The notes under the pieces are model-generated. The model worked only from the letters and a program-made list of their open reading frames with translations, was not told where the DNA came from and did no database searches. A program made the position numbers and the translations under genes. Source: Mobula hypostoma (taxonomy: Eukaryota). Taken from it: 64,000 bases of DNA. Shown here piece after piece: positions 1-12,806 of the stretch (the first letter of the stretch is position 1; each line of letters opens with the position of its first letter). Location of the stretch: positions 229,216,001 through 229,280,000 of the forward strand of contig NC_086097.1 of NCBI RefSeq assembly GCF_963921235.1. The letters are read 5' to 3'.

Positions 1-180
1 AGTGAACTTAAGGGCAGGATGGAAGTTGGAGGCAAAGTTGATTAACTTGATTGAGCTCAGCATGGGTGCATAAAGCAGCACCAAAGCAATTGTCAATGTA
101 GCAGAGGAAGAGTTGGGGGGAGAATTTTGAAACATGAACACTTCTATGTAGCCAATGAAAAGGCAGGCATAGCTGGGAGG
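1..180 (-). mobile_element. Penelope-like element RT fragment (decayed, runs off window start)
   Basis: Minus strand gives LCYIDNCFGAALCTHAEL then FASNFHPALKFT, resembling the PLE RT YIDD region and FHPALKFTW motif. Confidence 0.7.
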
Positions 181-269
181 AGCCAAAGGAAAATATGCTA
201 TTATTTAGTGCCTTTCCATCAAACCTATTGTTAGCTTTTTCAGCTCCAAAAGAGGACTACCAATTTCTC

Positions 270-2525
270 AGTTGAAGGCCTTCAGGATTGCAAGGGACAA
301 AACTAGACCTCTGGAAGATCAGAATGGTACTCCATGTGTGGACCCAAAAAAGATGGGAGATCTTAAATTTTTTGCATCTGTATTTACTCAGGAGACAGAC
401 ACAGTCCATAGAAATGAGGCAAAGCTACATCAACTTCATGGACCCTATACAGATTACAGAGGAGGAGTCTGCTGTCCTGAGGCAATTAGGGTGAATAGAT
501 TCCCAGGGCCTGACAAGATGATTCCTCGGACCCTGTGGGAGGCAAGTGCAGAAATTGCCGGAGCCCTGGCAGAGATATTTAAATCATTCTTAGCGACAGT
601 TGAGGATTGGAGGATAGCCAATGTTGTTCTGCTATTCAAAAAAGGCCTGAAAAACAAATCAGGATATTATAGGCAGGTGAGCTTGACATCAATAGTGGAA
701 AAATTATTGGAACATATTCTAAGGGACTGGATATACAAGTATTTGGATAGACATGTACTGCTTAAGGCTCGTCAGCATGCTTCATGTGTGGTTGGTTGTG
801 TCCAACCAGACTCTCAGGATTTTTCAAGGAAGTTATTAAGTTGAAGGCAAGCCAGTGGACGTTTAAAAGGATCTAGTGCTTTCCTGACATACATGACAAA
901 TAAACTCGTCTTGGGCTTCCAGCTGGGCACAGAAAGCCCAAAAAGAGTTTATTCTCAGCGGATTTTTAACACTTCAGCAAGGCACTTGACAAGGTACCAC
1001 ATGGACGGTTGGTCAAGAAGGTTCAGTGCTCAGCATTGAAGATGAGGAAGTAAACTGGATTAGACGTTGGGTTTGTGGGAGAAGCTGGAGTGGTAGTAAT
1101 TGGCTGCCCTTCTGACTGGAGGACTGTGACTAATAGAGTGCCACAGAGACAGGTGCTGGGTCACTTGTTTGTCATATCAACAATATGGATGATAATGTGG
1201 TTAACTGAATCAGCAAAATGCAGATGACACCAAGATTGAAAGTATAGTGGACAGCGAGGAGTACTATCAGAGCTTACAGCCAGATCTGGACCAGCTGGAA
1301 ATAAAAATAGGCTTTAAAAAAATGGCAGACAGAATTTAATGCAGACAAGTGCGAGGTGTTACACTTCGGTAGGACCAACCAGGGTAGTTCTTACTCAGCG
1401 AATGGTAGGGCACTGAGATGTGCAGTAGAACAAATGGATCTGGGAATACAGGTTAATAATTCATTGAAAATAATGTCACAGATAGGGTCATACAGGAAGC
1501 TTTTGGCACAAAGTACAAATCTTATAAAAAGTATAAGCAAACTCATGCATTTTTCCACGCAGAAAGCAGTAAAGCAGCTAAACTAACAGATTATAACCTT
1601 TCTCATTGGCTCAGTATTAGCACATTACCCATTTTAATTATGTAACCTATTAATTCATTCGTATCCAAGGAATTTCTTTCATCTTCTCCGTAAAAGTGAT
1701 AGATTTTGCAGAACTGCCACCTCTCATCTTACACCCCTGAATAATAATTCCCTTAACTTTATTTCTCAACTTTTCATTTAGTTTGCTGAGTACTTGTATA
1801 TTTGTACTCTAAAATAAACTAAAATCGTGGAATTAACACTGCTCATCATTTTAGACTCCCGCAAAAACCCTAAATATCAGAAATAAAGAAAGATCCAAAA
1901 GCACATTGACCTTCATAATTCAAAGTATTGAGCACGGGAGATAGGGTGTTATGTTGAAGTTGTAATAGACATTGGTAAGGCCCAATTAGGAGTACTGTGT
2001 GTAGTTTTGATTACCTACTTACAGGAAAGATGCAAATAAAGTTGAAGAGTACAGAGAAAATTTACAAGGATTTTGCCGTGTCTGGAGAACCTTGAGTTAT
2101 ATGAAAAGATTAAATTGGTTAGGACTTTATTCCTTGGAACGTAGAAGATTGAATGATTTGATAGAGGTATACAAATTCATGAAGGGTATAGATAGGGTAA
2201 GTGCAAGCAGGCTTTTTACCAGAGGTTAGGTGGGACTACAACTGGAGGTCATAGGTTAAGGGTGAAAGGTGAAATATTTAAGGGGACTATGAGGAGAAAC
2301 TTCTTCACTCAGAGGATCATGAGTGTGTGGATTGAGCTGCCAGCACAAGAGGTGCATGCAAACTTGGTTTTAACATTTAAGAGAAGTTTGGATAGGTACA
2401 TGGATGGTATGGGTATGGAGGGCTATGATCCCAGTGCAGGTCGATGGGAGAAGTCAGTTTAAATGGTTCAGCATGGACTAGATGGGCCGAAAGGCCCGTT
2501 TCTGTGCGGTACTTTTCTATGACTA
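270..2525 (+). mobile_element. CR1 LINE ORF2 remnant, 5'-truncated, with two internal insertions
   Basis: PGPD, EDWRIANV..LFKKG, YRQVSLTS and RNFFTQR motifs; CR1-type 3' end near 2480-2525. Confidence 0.9.
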
Positions 2526-2653
2526 TTCCTGGTTCCACTTGCAAAATTTCCCCTGCACCCTCTGACCTCCACATCCTTCCTCAAAACCAGGATACCCCAA
2601 AATTTGCAATGAAATGTCACTGTGTTGGGGAGAGATGAAAACAAGATCTTGTC

Positions 2654-3523
2654 CAGTCGACCCTCCTTATCCAGGAGTTCTGCATGCGCAAATTCAACCA
2701 ACCGCGAATCGAGAATACCCAGAAGTGCTCTTCTAGCGCTTGTTGTTCGAGCATTACAGACTTATTTTTCTTGTCATTATTCCCTAAACAATGCAGTATA
2801 ACAACTGTTTTACATAGCATTTACATTGTATTAGGTATTATAAGTAACCTAGAGATGATTTAAAGTATACAGGAGGATGTGCATAGGTTATGAAAAAAAA
2901 CACGGAAGTTCTCTCACCAAGCAAGTCGGAACAGGTACATCCGGTATTATTTAGCGTCGGTTGGTCAAACGTTTGTCTTAGTATATATCTCATCTTTCTA
3001 TTCATATAAAACACTTAAGAAACTTATGTTTCAGCGCCGGGCTCGGGAACATAAGTGCCTGAGTTCAATCCAGTGACAGACCGCTCCCGAGCATACTCTC
3101 CATCCTTGGTTGGTTGATGTGAAGGATCAAAAACCCAAAACCCAATAACTAAACCACTGCGTTGCTTAGTAATAATTGTAGCTTTCATCGGGGTAGGGCC
3201 TTTCTCACTTTATCCTTTAAAATTGTTCCGATCGTTGACCGACTGTAGCCTAACACTTTTCCAATGACCGATGGTGTTTCAGCTCTTTCCGATTGCTTTA
3301 TTATTTCCACTTTATTTTCTATCGTGATAGTGGTTATTTTTGTGAACAGAAACACTGCGGATTCAGAGCTCTGCCGCTGGGTCCTAATGTCCACCACACT
3401 GCGACAGGTTAAATAAGGTCCACCGCATTGAGACAGGTTGTATAAGGGACTTGAGCATCCGCACTTTTTGGTATCCGCGAGGGGTCCCAGAATCAATCCC
3501 TCGTGGATAAGGAGAGCTGACTG
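2654..3523 (-). mobile_element. TcMar-Tigger/pogo non-autonomous DNA transposon (MER2-like)
   Basis: TIRs CAGTCGACCCTCCTTATCC / GGATAAGGAGAGCTGACTG, TA at right flank; internal psq-type HTH remnant TITIENKVEIIKQSE...SRSTIGTILKDK. Confidence 0.85.
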
Positions 3524-4483
3524 TATAACAATTTGCCAGATTTTCAATTTGCCTTCTCACCTTCCAAAGAAATTGTACATATACTTTGGTCTCTGTCCCT
3601 GTACTTACGAATTAAGTGGCAAATTTTTAACATAAATTTTCCTAATTCTTCTGCAGACTTATTTCCCTTAAGTTGATCCAGTTCATCTGTAGTCTGTCAC
3701 CATCATCTCTGATTTACAAGTGATACACCGAAACACAAATGCAAAAAACCAGCTTTCCTGACAAAGAATTCTGGGGAAACACTTGCTTCCATCAAGTATG
3801 GGAAAATAAAGGCAACTTTCAATCCCCACTTTGTCCAAAACATGATGGGGACACATTCCTTCCTATGAACAGCTGCTTTTCCTGCCATTTCATGTAAACA
3901 AGGCAGCATACACGGTTTTGACTTCCTTCCATGTTCTAAATATCATGCACAGCTCCATGATCAACAGACCTGCCAAACTCCCAATGACTTTAGCAGGTGA
4001 ACCCCATGACAAACACCATACCACTCACCAATTATCAGCATGCTTCTCTAATCAAAAGTCCTTTTTTTTTAAAAAAGGGAAGTGCAAGTAAAAGCAGTGC
4101 CATGGTTATCTACAGAATTGATCTTAATTAGGTGATTTCTTGAAAATTTAAGACTAAACTACAAAGTTAGCCATTAAAATGTTGACAAATATAAACAAGT
4201 GAAAAGGAAATTGCAATTTATACTTCTAAATGCAATCAAGGTTAAGAGCAGGTTCTATTTTTCAAAGGTATCATCAATATTTAATAGTCTGATACATTCA
4301 AATGAAGCTTGACATTCCAATTTGGCACAGAGCTAAATTGTGTCACCTGGCACTGGTGTTTTAAAAATAACGCAGTGGTGTTCTAAACTTATATATTCCC
4401 ATTTACATTTTTGTGCCAAAGAGAAAAAGTATCAACTGCTTTGTAATCCAACAGCAGGTAAATAATGCCCACAATTCCATATA

Positions 4484-5164
4484 CAGTGGATTCTGGTTCA
4501 TTGGACACATCAGAACCAATACATTTTAGTTTAAAAAGGTATAAAAGAGACAAACTATTATTTAACTGAGTAACAAATTATGCATTTAAATAAAACACAG
4601 AACAAATTCGAACACTACCAATACTAGTACATAGTAAAAAGCGGTGCATTAGTTCCTAATAGTTATAAATGGAAGAATTCATCCACTGTGTGCTGTGTTC
4701 TTTTGATTGACTGTAAATGATCAAAGTCAGCACAGACACCTCGTGCAGATAATGAACTACGGTCACTGCCTTTCAGCATGAAATAGTGTTGCAAAAAAAA
4801 TTTCCTGGCATCCTGCGTTACCACTAGCTCAAGTTTTGATGTGTCACCTTCACTTTCCTCATCTTCATATTCCTGCTTTCCCCCCCCCAATCGGCATCCA
4901 TCAGTTCAAACATTTAACAGAAAATATGCACTCAACTGACACTATTTAAAAACTGTTCTCTCAAGTGTAGTGTCTATTAGCCACAGAAGTGCATGCAACT
5001 GACACTAGTTAGAAACTGTTCAGCACGGACCAGTTAAGCAGTAGAGTCCCAAATAAACAAAGGGAATCCCAGCTACTTTCTTGATTTGTTTTTGTTCTTT
5101 TAGAGTTGCCCCAAATTAGTGGCTGCTCCGATTAGCCAATGGCCTCATTAACCTGAATCCACTG
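4484..5164. mobile_element. Tigger-type MITE
   Basis: TA|CAGTGGATTCTGGTT ... AACCTGAATCCACTG|TA: TIRs with TA target duplication. Confidence 0.8.
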
Positions 5165-5174
5165 TACTAAACTT

Positions 5175-6015
5175 TAGATGCCGTAAGATTAAAATTGAAG
5201 TGATAACATACTGCAGAACGATCACTGCAAACAATGGAGAGGTGAGCGAAGACGAGGCTGAGTTGAGGGTCAAAGCGTGCAGATGCAAGGCAAAGTTGGG
5301 TGAGCGGAGCAGAGGAGAGGCAGATTCAAGGACCTTCCACCTAAACCAAGAGTGAGGCTTGATCAATCCAAGCAGCAGGCCAACTTAGAAAGGTAGGCCA
5401 AAAGGTGGTGGCGAGGTCCAGGCCCAGAGCGTATCAATGCCACAGGGCCTGGGCCTAATGCAAAGAACAACCCGCTGTTTGGACAACTTAAACACCGGGC
5501 CAGATGAATTGAAATGGCAGAGTGTCATGACAAGAGGCAAGGGTTGGGCCACTTCTGCTTGATGCTCCACGACATTTACTCCACTCTGAGCTGAACTGGG
5601 GCTGAGGCCTGCTCTGGGCTTCGTGTCTATGGACTCACTTTTGTTCTGAATGCTATTTGCTTACTTTTATTGTTCAGCAAGATTTGTTTTTCTTCTCTCG
5701 GCACATTGGGTGATTGATGGTCTCTTTTTAAAAAATGGGTTATTTTGGGTTTCTTTATTTGGTGACTGCCTGTAAGGAGACGAATCTCAAGGTTGTTTGT
5801 TTTTTTACACTACCTTACTTTCCATTTATGTTTTATAATTTAAATTTTTAATATTTACTAATTTTTACTATTTTTAATATTTAATATTTGTAATCCAGGG
5901 AGTGGAAAGCGCAGAATCAAATATCACTGTGATGATTGTATGTTCCAGTATCAAATGTTTGGCGACAATAAAGTATAAAGTATACACTGGTAATAAATGT
6001 ACTTTGAACTTTGAA
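5175..6015 (+). mobile_element. Probable non-autonomous non-LTR retroelement / LINE 3' end
   Basis: GC-richer body followed by a T-rich 3' region ending TAATAAATGTACTTTGAACTTTGAA (short tandem tail). Confidence 0.4.
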
Positions 6016-6878
6016 GTGAGCAAGAGACAGTCAAAAAATATTTTAGATGATTTTTATTAAGTTTTACATGGGCTTATGAGCAATGGCTAGTCTGGTTTAT
6101 GTGGTCTCACCTAAACCGGAAGCACACATTAATACCTGGCCTTGTGATAAGCTTAACCTCCACCTCTTTCCTACTGTGAACAAAAGCTTCCCCAAGAGGC
6201 TTCTTGCATTCAAACTGCTAAGACAGGCCAACAACTGCTAACGTTACAATTATTTATCCTTATTCAATTACTCTCTACATCATCTCGTCTCCTTTTTCAT
6301 TCAATGGCACCAATTGTCCTGGAGTAGCCAAATGAACTGTAATCACAACAGTTTGCTCATTTTAATTTAATCATGTTCTACTAATTAAAATACTCAAAAA
6401 TTAGAAACCACAGACTTTTATCATACTTTATCACTTCTTAGCATTTCCAAATATTAAATGCTCGTTATGAAATATTGAATGCTCCTGTTTGTACAGAGTT
6501 TGTACAAACACAACGAATACACCAAATAGCATGTAATGATTTGAACGCCAGCTTTGAAATGTTTAAACCTGTCACAGCTTAAATCAGGCCAAGCACAATA
6601 AGATCACAAGACAATAAGATATTGGCCATTTCACCACGGATCCATTTTCCCTTTCAGTCCCAATCTCCTGATTTAGATGTTCGTATATATTTTATAAAGG
6701 ATAAAAATAATCAAAAACATTTACAATATTATGCACATTATAAAAGCATAAAAATTGATGCCATGGTACATTATATTATGGCGCAGTTTCTCAGAACTCA
6801 CTTCTTGGGATTTATCTGGAAGAACCCTGTAGCATTCCACAGGTTAATTGGTTAATAACTTTGTGCTATGATGCTGTA

Positions 6879-7312
6879 CAGGTGTCCCCCATTTTACGAA
6901 TGGTCGCTTTACGCCACTTCGCTTTTACGAAAAACCTACATTAGTACCTGTTTTCGCTAACCGAATAAGGATTTTTGCTTTTATGAAAAGCAAAAATAGC
7001 GTTCAGCGTTTGTTTTGCAGCGAGCCGTTATAGGGAAAGACTACCATGACCGTAAGTCCTTGCGCGGGCAGGTGTGTGCGCATGCGTGTATGTGCTGATT
7101 TTTTTGCTACAAATTGGTTTTGGCTAAATCTTCCCAATTCTGATAAGTGAAACTACACTGTACATACATTATTTCTACTTTATATAGGCTGTGTATTTAT
7201 CATATCATTCCTGCTTTTACTATATGTTAGTGTTATTTTAAGTTTGTGTGTTATTTGGTATGATTCGGTGGGTTATTTTTCGGGTCTGGGAATGCTCAAA
7301 AATTTTCCCCAT
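6879..7312 (+). mobile_element. Tigger-type MITE, right TIR missing
   Basis: TA|CAGGTGTCCCC start and subterminal segments shared with the element at 11164-12806. Confidence 0.7.
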
Positions 7313-8400
7313 ACAGTATAGATGAGACAAAATTTGTTAAGTGTTTCTAGGAAAATTTTCTAAAGCATTTTTGCAGATAGCCCTACTAAAACGGGAGCTA
7401 AACATGATGTCCTCCTGTAAAATGAAGCTGGGCAAGTGACTGATTTGAATGGGCACACTTTAGAACCAGTGAGCACAATTTTGTTGGTTTCAAGATTAAT
7501 TTTGGAAAAAGATGGGACTGATAGTAAAAATCCTAACTTGGAAAAAGCCACATTTCACAACATTAGACGTGAACTTGCAAAGGTTGATTGGAGAGGTTGT
7601 TAGCAGGTAAATAAGTAACTGACAAGTGGGAGACTCATAAATGCTAGATCAGAAAAAATTAAGGTCAAACTGTTCCGGTTGGAGTGAAAGGCAAAACTAG
7701 CAGAACCCTGGTTCACATGAAACTGAACATTAAGCCTTTGGATAGTTAAAAGGAGGCATGCATCAGATATAGGCAGCTAGAATGAAGTGCAAAAAAAGAC
7801 AGGAGCTATCCCTGCACATAACAGAAAGAATCCCAAAGATACAAAGTATAATAAAAGCAAAAATGGAAACTGGGGAGAGAATAGATCTTCCTAAGAATCT
7901 GTGTAGTAATTTGCATTGGAACCACATGCAAGGTCTTTAGCGAATATTTCAACAGTATTTACTGTGGCGAAGGATATGGTGGTTAGTGAGTTTGGGGAAG
8001 AGAAAAGTGATATCCTGAACATTGAAGGGAGGAGGGTGTTGACAGTTTTGAATCACAAAATCCCTGGGTTATAACCAAATGGACATTGTGGAATGCCAGG
8101 GAAGAAATTCTGGGGTTGGCAGAGATATATCATCGTTAGCTACAAATGAAATGTTATAAGAATGGAGGATGGCTAATGTTGTGCCTTTAAGAAGGGCCAC
8201 AAGGACAAGCCAGAGAATGACAGACAAGTGATGGGAAAGTTACTGGAGCAGTTTCAGAGACACAGGATCTACCTGCATTTGGAAAGGACTGACTAGAAAA
8301 GTCAGCATGGCTCTGTTCATAAGAGCTAACAAATTTTTTTAGATTAGATTATGAAGACACACAGTCCTCTTTTATTGTCATTTAGTAATGCATGCATTAA

Positions 8401-11136
8401 GAAACATAGAAACATAGAAAATAGGTGCAAGAGTAGGCCATTCGGCCCTTCGAGCCTGCTCCGCCATTTATTATGATCATAGCTGATCATCCAACTCAGA
8501 ACCCTGCACCAGCCTTCCCTCCATACCCACTGATCCCCGTAGCCACAAGGGCCAAATCTAACTCCTTCTTAAACATAGCCAATGAATTGGCCTCAATTGT
8601 TTCCTGTGGCAGAGAATTCCACAGATTCACCACTCTCTGTGTGAAGAAGTTTTTCCTAATCTCAGTCCTAAAAGGCTTCCCCTTTATCCTCAAACTGTGA
8701 CCCCTCGTTCTGGACTTCCCCAACATCGGGAACAATCTTCCTGCATCTAGCCTGTCCAATCCCTTTAGGATTTTATACGTTTCAATCAGATCCCCCCTCA
8801 ATCTTCTAAATTCCAATGAGTACAAGCCTAGTTCATCCAGTCTTTCTTCATATGAAAGTCCTGCCATCCCAGGAATCAATCTGGTGAACCTTCTTTGTAC
8901 TCCCTCTATGGCAAGGATGTCTTTCCTCAGATTAGGGGACCAAAACTGCACACAATACTCCAGGTGTGGTCTCACCAAGGCCTTGTACAACTGCAGTAGT
9001 ACCTCCCTGCTCCTGTACTCGAATCCTCTCGCTATAAATGCCAGCATACCATTCGCCTTTTTCACCGCCTGCTGTACCTGCATGCCCACTTTCAATGACT
9101 GGTGTATAATGACACCCAGGTCTCGTTGCACCTCACCTTTTCCTAATCGACCACCATTCAGATAATAATCTGTTTTCCTATTTTTGCCACCAAAGTGGAT
9201 AACTTCACATTTATCCACATTAAATTGCATCTGCCATGAATTTGCCCACTCACCCAACCTATCCAAGTCACCCTGCATCCTCCTCACAGCTAACACTGCC
9301 ACCCAGCTTCGTGTCATCCACAAACTTGGAGATGCTGCATTTAATTCCCTCATCTAAGTCATTAATATATATTGTAAACAACTGGGGTCCCAGCACGGAG
9401 CCTTGCGGTACCCCACTGGTCACTGCCTGCCATTCTGAAAAGGTCCCGTTTATTCCCACTCTTTGCTTCCTGTCTGCTAACCAATTCTCTATCCATATCA
9501 ATACCTTACCCCCAATACCGTGTGCTTTAAGTTTGCACACTAATCTCCTGTGTGGGACCTTGTCAAAAGCCTTTTGAAAATCCAAATATACCACATCCAC
9601 TGGTTCTCCCCTATCCACTCTACTAGTTACATACTCAAAAAATTCTATGAGATTCGTCATACATGATTTTCCTTTCACAAATCCATGCTGACTTTGTCCA
9701 ATGATTTCACCGCTTTCCAAATGTGCTGTTATCACATCTTTGATAACTGACTCCAGCAGTTTCCCCACCACCGATGTTAGGCTAACCGGTCTATAATTCC
9801 CTGGTTTCTCTCTCCCTTCTTTTTTAAAAAGTGGGGTTACATTAGCCACCCTCCAATCCTCAGGAACTAGTCCAGAATCTAACGAGTTTTGAAAAATTAT
9901 CACTAATGCATCCACTATTTCTTGGGCTACTTCCTTAAGCACTCTGGGATGCAGACCATCTGGCCCTGGGGATTTATCTGCCTTTAATCCCTTCAATTTA
10001 CCCAACACCACTTCCCTACTAACATGTATTTCGCTCAGTACCTCCATCTCACTGGACCCTCTGTCCCCTACTATTTCTGGAAGATTATTTATGTCCTCCT
10101 TAGTGAAGACAGAACCAAAGTAATTATTCAATTGGTCTGCCATGTCCTTGCTCCCCATAATCAATTCACCTGTTTCTGTCTGCAGGGGACCTACATTTGT
10201 CTTTACCAGTCTTTTCCTTTTTACATATCTATAAAAGCTTTTACAGTCAGTTTTTATGTTCCCTGCCAGTTTTCTCTCATAATCTTTTTTTCCCCTTCCT
10301 AATTAAGCCCTGTGTCCTCCTCTGTTGAACTCTGAATTTCTCCCAGTCCTCAGGTGAGCCACTTTTTCTGGCTAATCTGTATGCTTCTTCTTTGGAATTG
10401 ATACTATCCCTAATTTCTCTTGTCAGCCACGGGTGCACTACCTTCCTTGATTTATTCTTTTGCCAAACTGGGATGAACAATTGTTGTAGTTCATCCATGC
10501 GATCTTTCAATGCTTGCCATTGCATATCCACCATCAATCCTTTAAGTGTCATTTGCCAGTCTATCTTAGCTAATTTGGGTCTCATACCTTCAAAGTTACC
10601 CCTCTTTAAGTTCAGAACCTTTGTTTCTGAATTAACTATGTCACTCTCCATCTTAATGAAGAATTCCACCATATTATGGTCACTCTTACCCAAGGGACCT
10701 CTCACAACAAGATTGCTAATCAACCCTTCCTCATTGCTCAAAGCCCAGTCTAGAATAGCCTGCTCTCTAGTTGGTTCCTCAACATGTTGATTCAAAAAAC
10801 CATCCCGCATACATTCCAAGAAATCCTCTTCCTCAGCACCTTTACCAATTTGGTTCACCCAATCTACATGTAGATTGAAGTCACCCATTATAACTGCTGT
10901 TCCTTTATTGCACACATTTCTAATTTCCTGTTTAATACCATCTCCGACCTCACTACTACTGTTAGGTGGCCTGTACACAACTCCCACCAGCGTTTTCTGC
11001 CCCTTAGTGTTACGCAGCTCTACCCATATCGATTCCACATCTTCCCGGCTTATGTCATTCCTTTCTATTGCGTTAATCTCATCTTTAACCAGCAACGCCA
11101 CCCTACCTCCTTCTCTTTCATGTCTATCCCTCCTGA
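8401..11136 (-). mobile_element. Young CR1 LINE, 5'-truncated (endonuclease C-part plus RT)
   Basis: ORFs 10277-11101, 9268-10164 and 8496-9353 with [36 protein letters not shown]; (TATGTTTC)n tail. Confidence 0.95.
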
Positions 11137-11163
11137 TGATACAATATTTCCTCCGGTGTGATA

Positions 11164-12806
11164 CAGGTGTACCCTGCTTTTCGAACGTTCGCTTTACGAA
11201 ACCTCACTATTACGAAAGACCTACATTAGTACCCTGTTTTCGCTTTCAGAAGGCGTTTTCAGTATTACGGAAAAAATCAGTGCGCGATAAAAGGCAGCGC
11301 GCGCCCCAAGCAGTCGCTCTCCCCCGGATTCGGAACGGCATCGCTTTAACACATGCCTGTGAGCAGCCATTTGCAAGATGAGTTCTGAGGTATTAGAAAA
11401 GCCTGAAAGAGCTCATAAGGGTGTTACACTTAGCATAAAACTAGACATGATTAAGCATTTTAATCATGGTGAACAAAGTAAGAACAAAGTGAGTTTGGCT
11501 TGTGGAAGCTGACGAAGATGTTGAAGAGGTTTTGGCATCCCATGAACAAGAACTGATAGATGAAGAGCTGATGCAATTGGAAGAGGAAAGGATAACAATC
11601 GAAACCAAATTCAGTAGCGAAATGAACGTGAAGCAACTGCGTGAGATTTTCGCTGCAATGATAAAGTACGACTTTAATTTTGAAAGGGTACGTTGAGTGC
11701 TTAAAAAGAACTATATGATAGAAAAATGCGCGAGGCTCAGCAGTCAAGCAAGCCTTCCACATCAGCCACAGCAGACGATGAACCTCGAACTTTGACATCG
11801 AGGCGGGCAGTCATAGGAGAAGATGAGCCACCTGCTTTAATGGAAACAGACGATGATGAGATGACACCCATGTGTCCCACTGCCCCAACACCCAGGGCCC
11901 GGACAGATAACGATTCGTGGAGAATGCAGCGGTGGCCAGGACACACCAAGCACATCTTTAAGAAAAAAGCCGAAATAAACAAACTACTTAATTAGGTCTG
12001 CCCAGATCAGAGGCGATGCAATCGGCAACTGGCAGTAATCTGGGCCGACAATTACGTGCTGGGCGGCACCTACTTAATTAGCATGTTTATTTCGGGCTTT
12101 TTCTTAAAGACGTGCTGTGTGCCTTCCGGCTACAGCTGGACCCCTGCATGCTTCGCGGCAATGTATTGCTCGGCGGCCTGAAGGGTGGGGGCCACTGCAC
12201 CACCCAATCTGCAACGACTCAGTCTAATACACCATCATCAGTGTGCTCGGTGCTGTCTTCCCAATTCCAGTAAGTGATACTACACGGTAATACATTATTT
12301 CTACTTTATATAGGCTGTGTATTTTTATGTGTTATTTGGTATGATTTGGCAGCTTCATAGCTTAAAGGTTACTGGAGAGTGCTTGCGCCGTGTTTTTGCC
12401 GAGAGCGCTTGCGTGAGATTTTCACTTCAGAGAACAGTGCCGGCAATGATTGTGGAAAAGTATTTCTACTTTATATAGCACCTCTTTCTACAGATGCTGC
12501 CTGGCCCGCTGCATTCACCAGCAACTTTGATGTGTGTTGCTTGAATTTCCAGCATCTGCAGAATTCCTGTTGTCTACTTTATATAGGCTGTGTATTTATC
12601 ATATCATTCCTACTTTTACAATATGTTACTATTATTTTAGGTTTTGTGTGTTATTTGGCATGATTTGGTAGGTTATTTTTGGGTCTGCGAACACTCACAA
12701 GATTTTCCCATATAAATAAATGGTAACTGCTTCTTCGCTTTACGACATTTCAGCTTACGAACCGTTTCATAAGAACGCTCTACCTTCAGATGGCAGGGGA
12801 AACCTG
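11164..12806 (+). mobile_element. Tigger/pogo internally deleted DNA transposon
   Basis: TA|CAGGTGTACCCTGC ... GCAGGGGAAACCTG|TA; acidic transposase C-terminal remnant EEDVEEVLASHEQELIDEELMQLEEE-like (ORF 11502-11696). Confidence 0.85.
12479..12572 (+). mobile_element. Penelope-like terminal-repeat fragment inside Tigger
   Basis: gatgctgcctggcc...ccagcaactttgatgtgtgttg; 14-bp TSD TCTACTTTATATAG at 12465-12478 and 12573-12586. Confidence 0.8.

Noticed and set aside
11502..11995. Acidic ORFs as host exons
   Set aside because: They lie between Tigger TIRs and resemble transposase C-terminal remnants.
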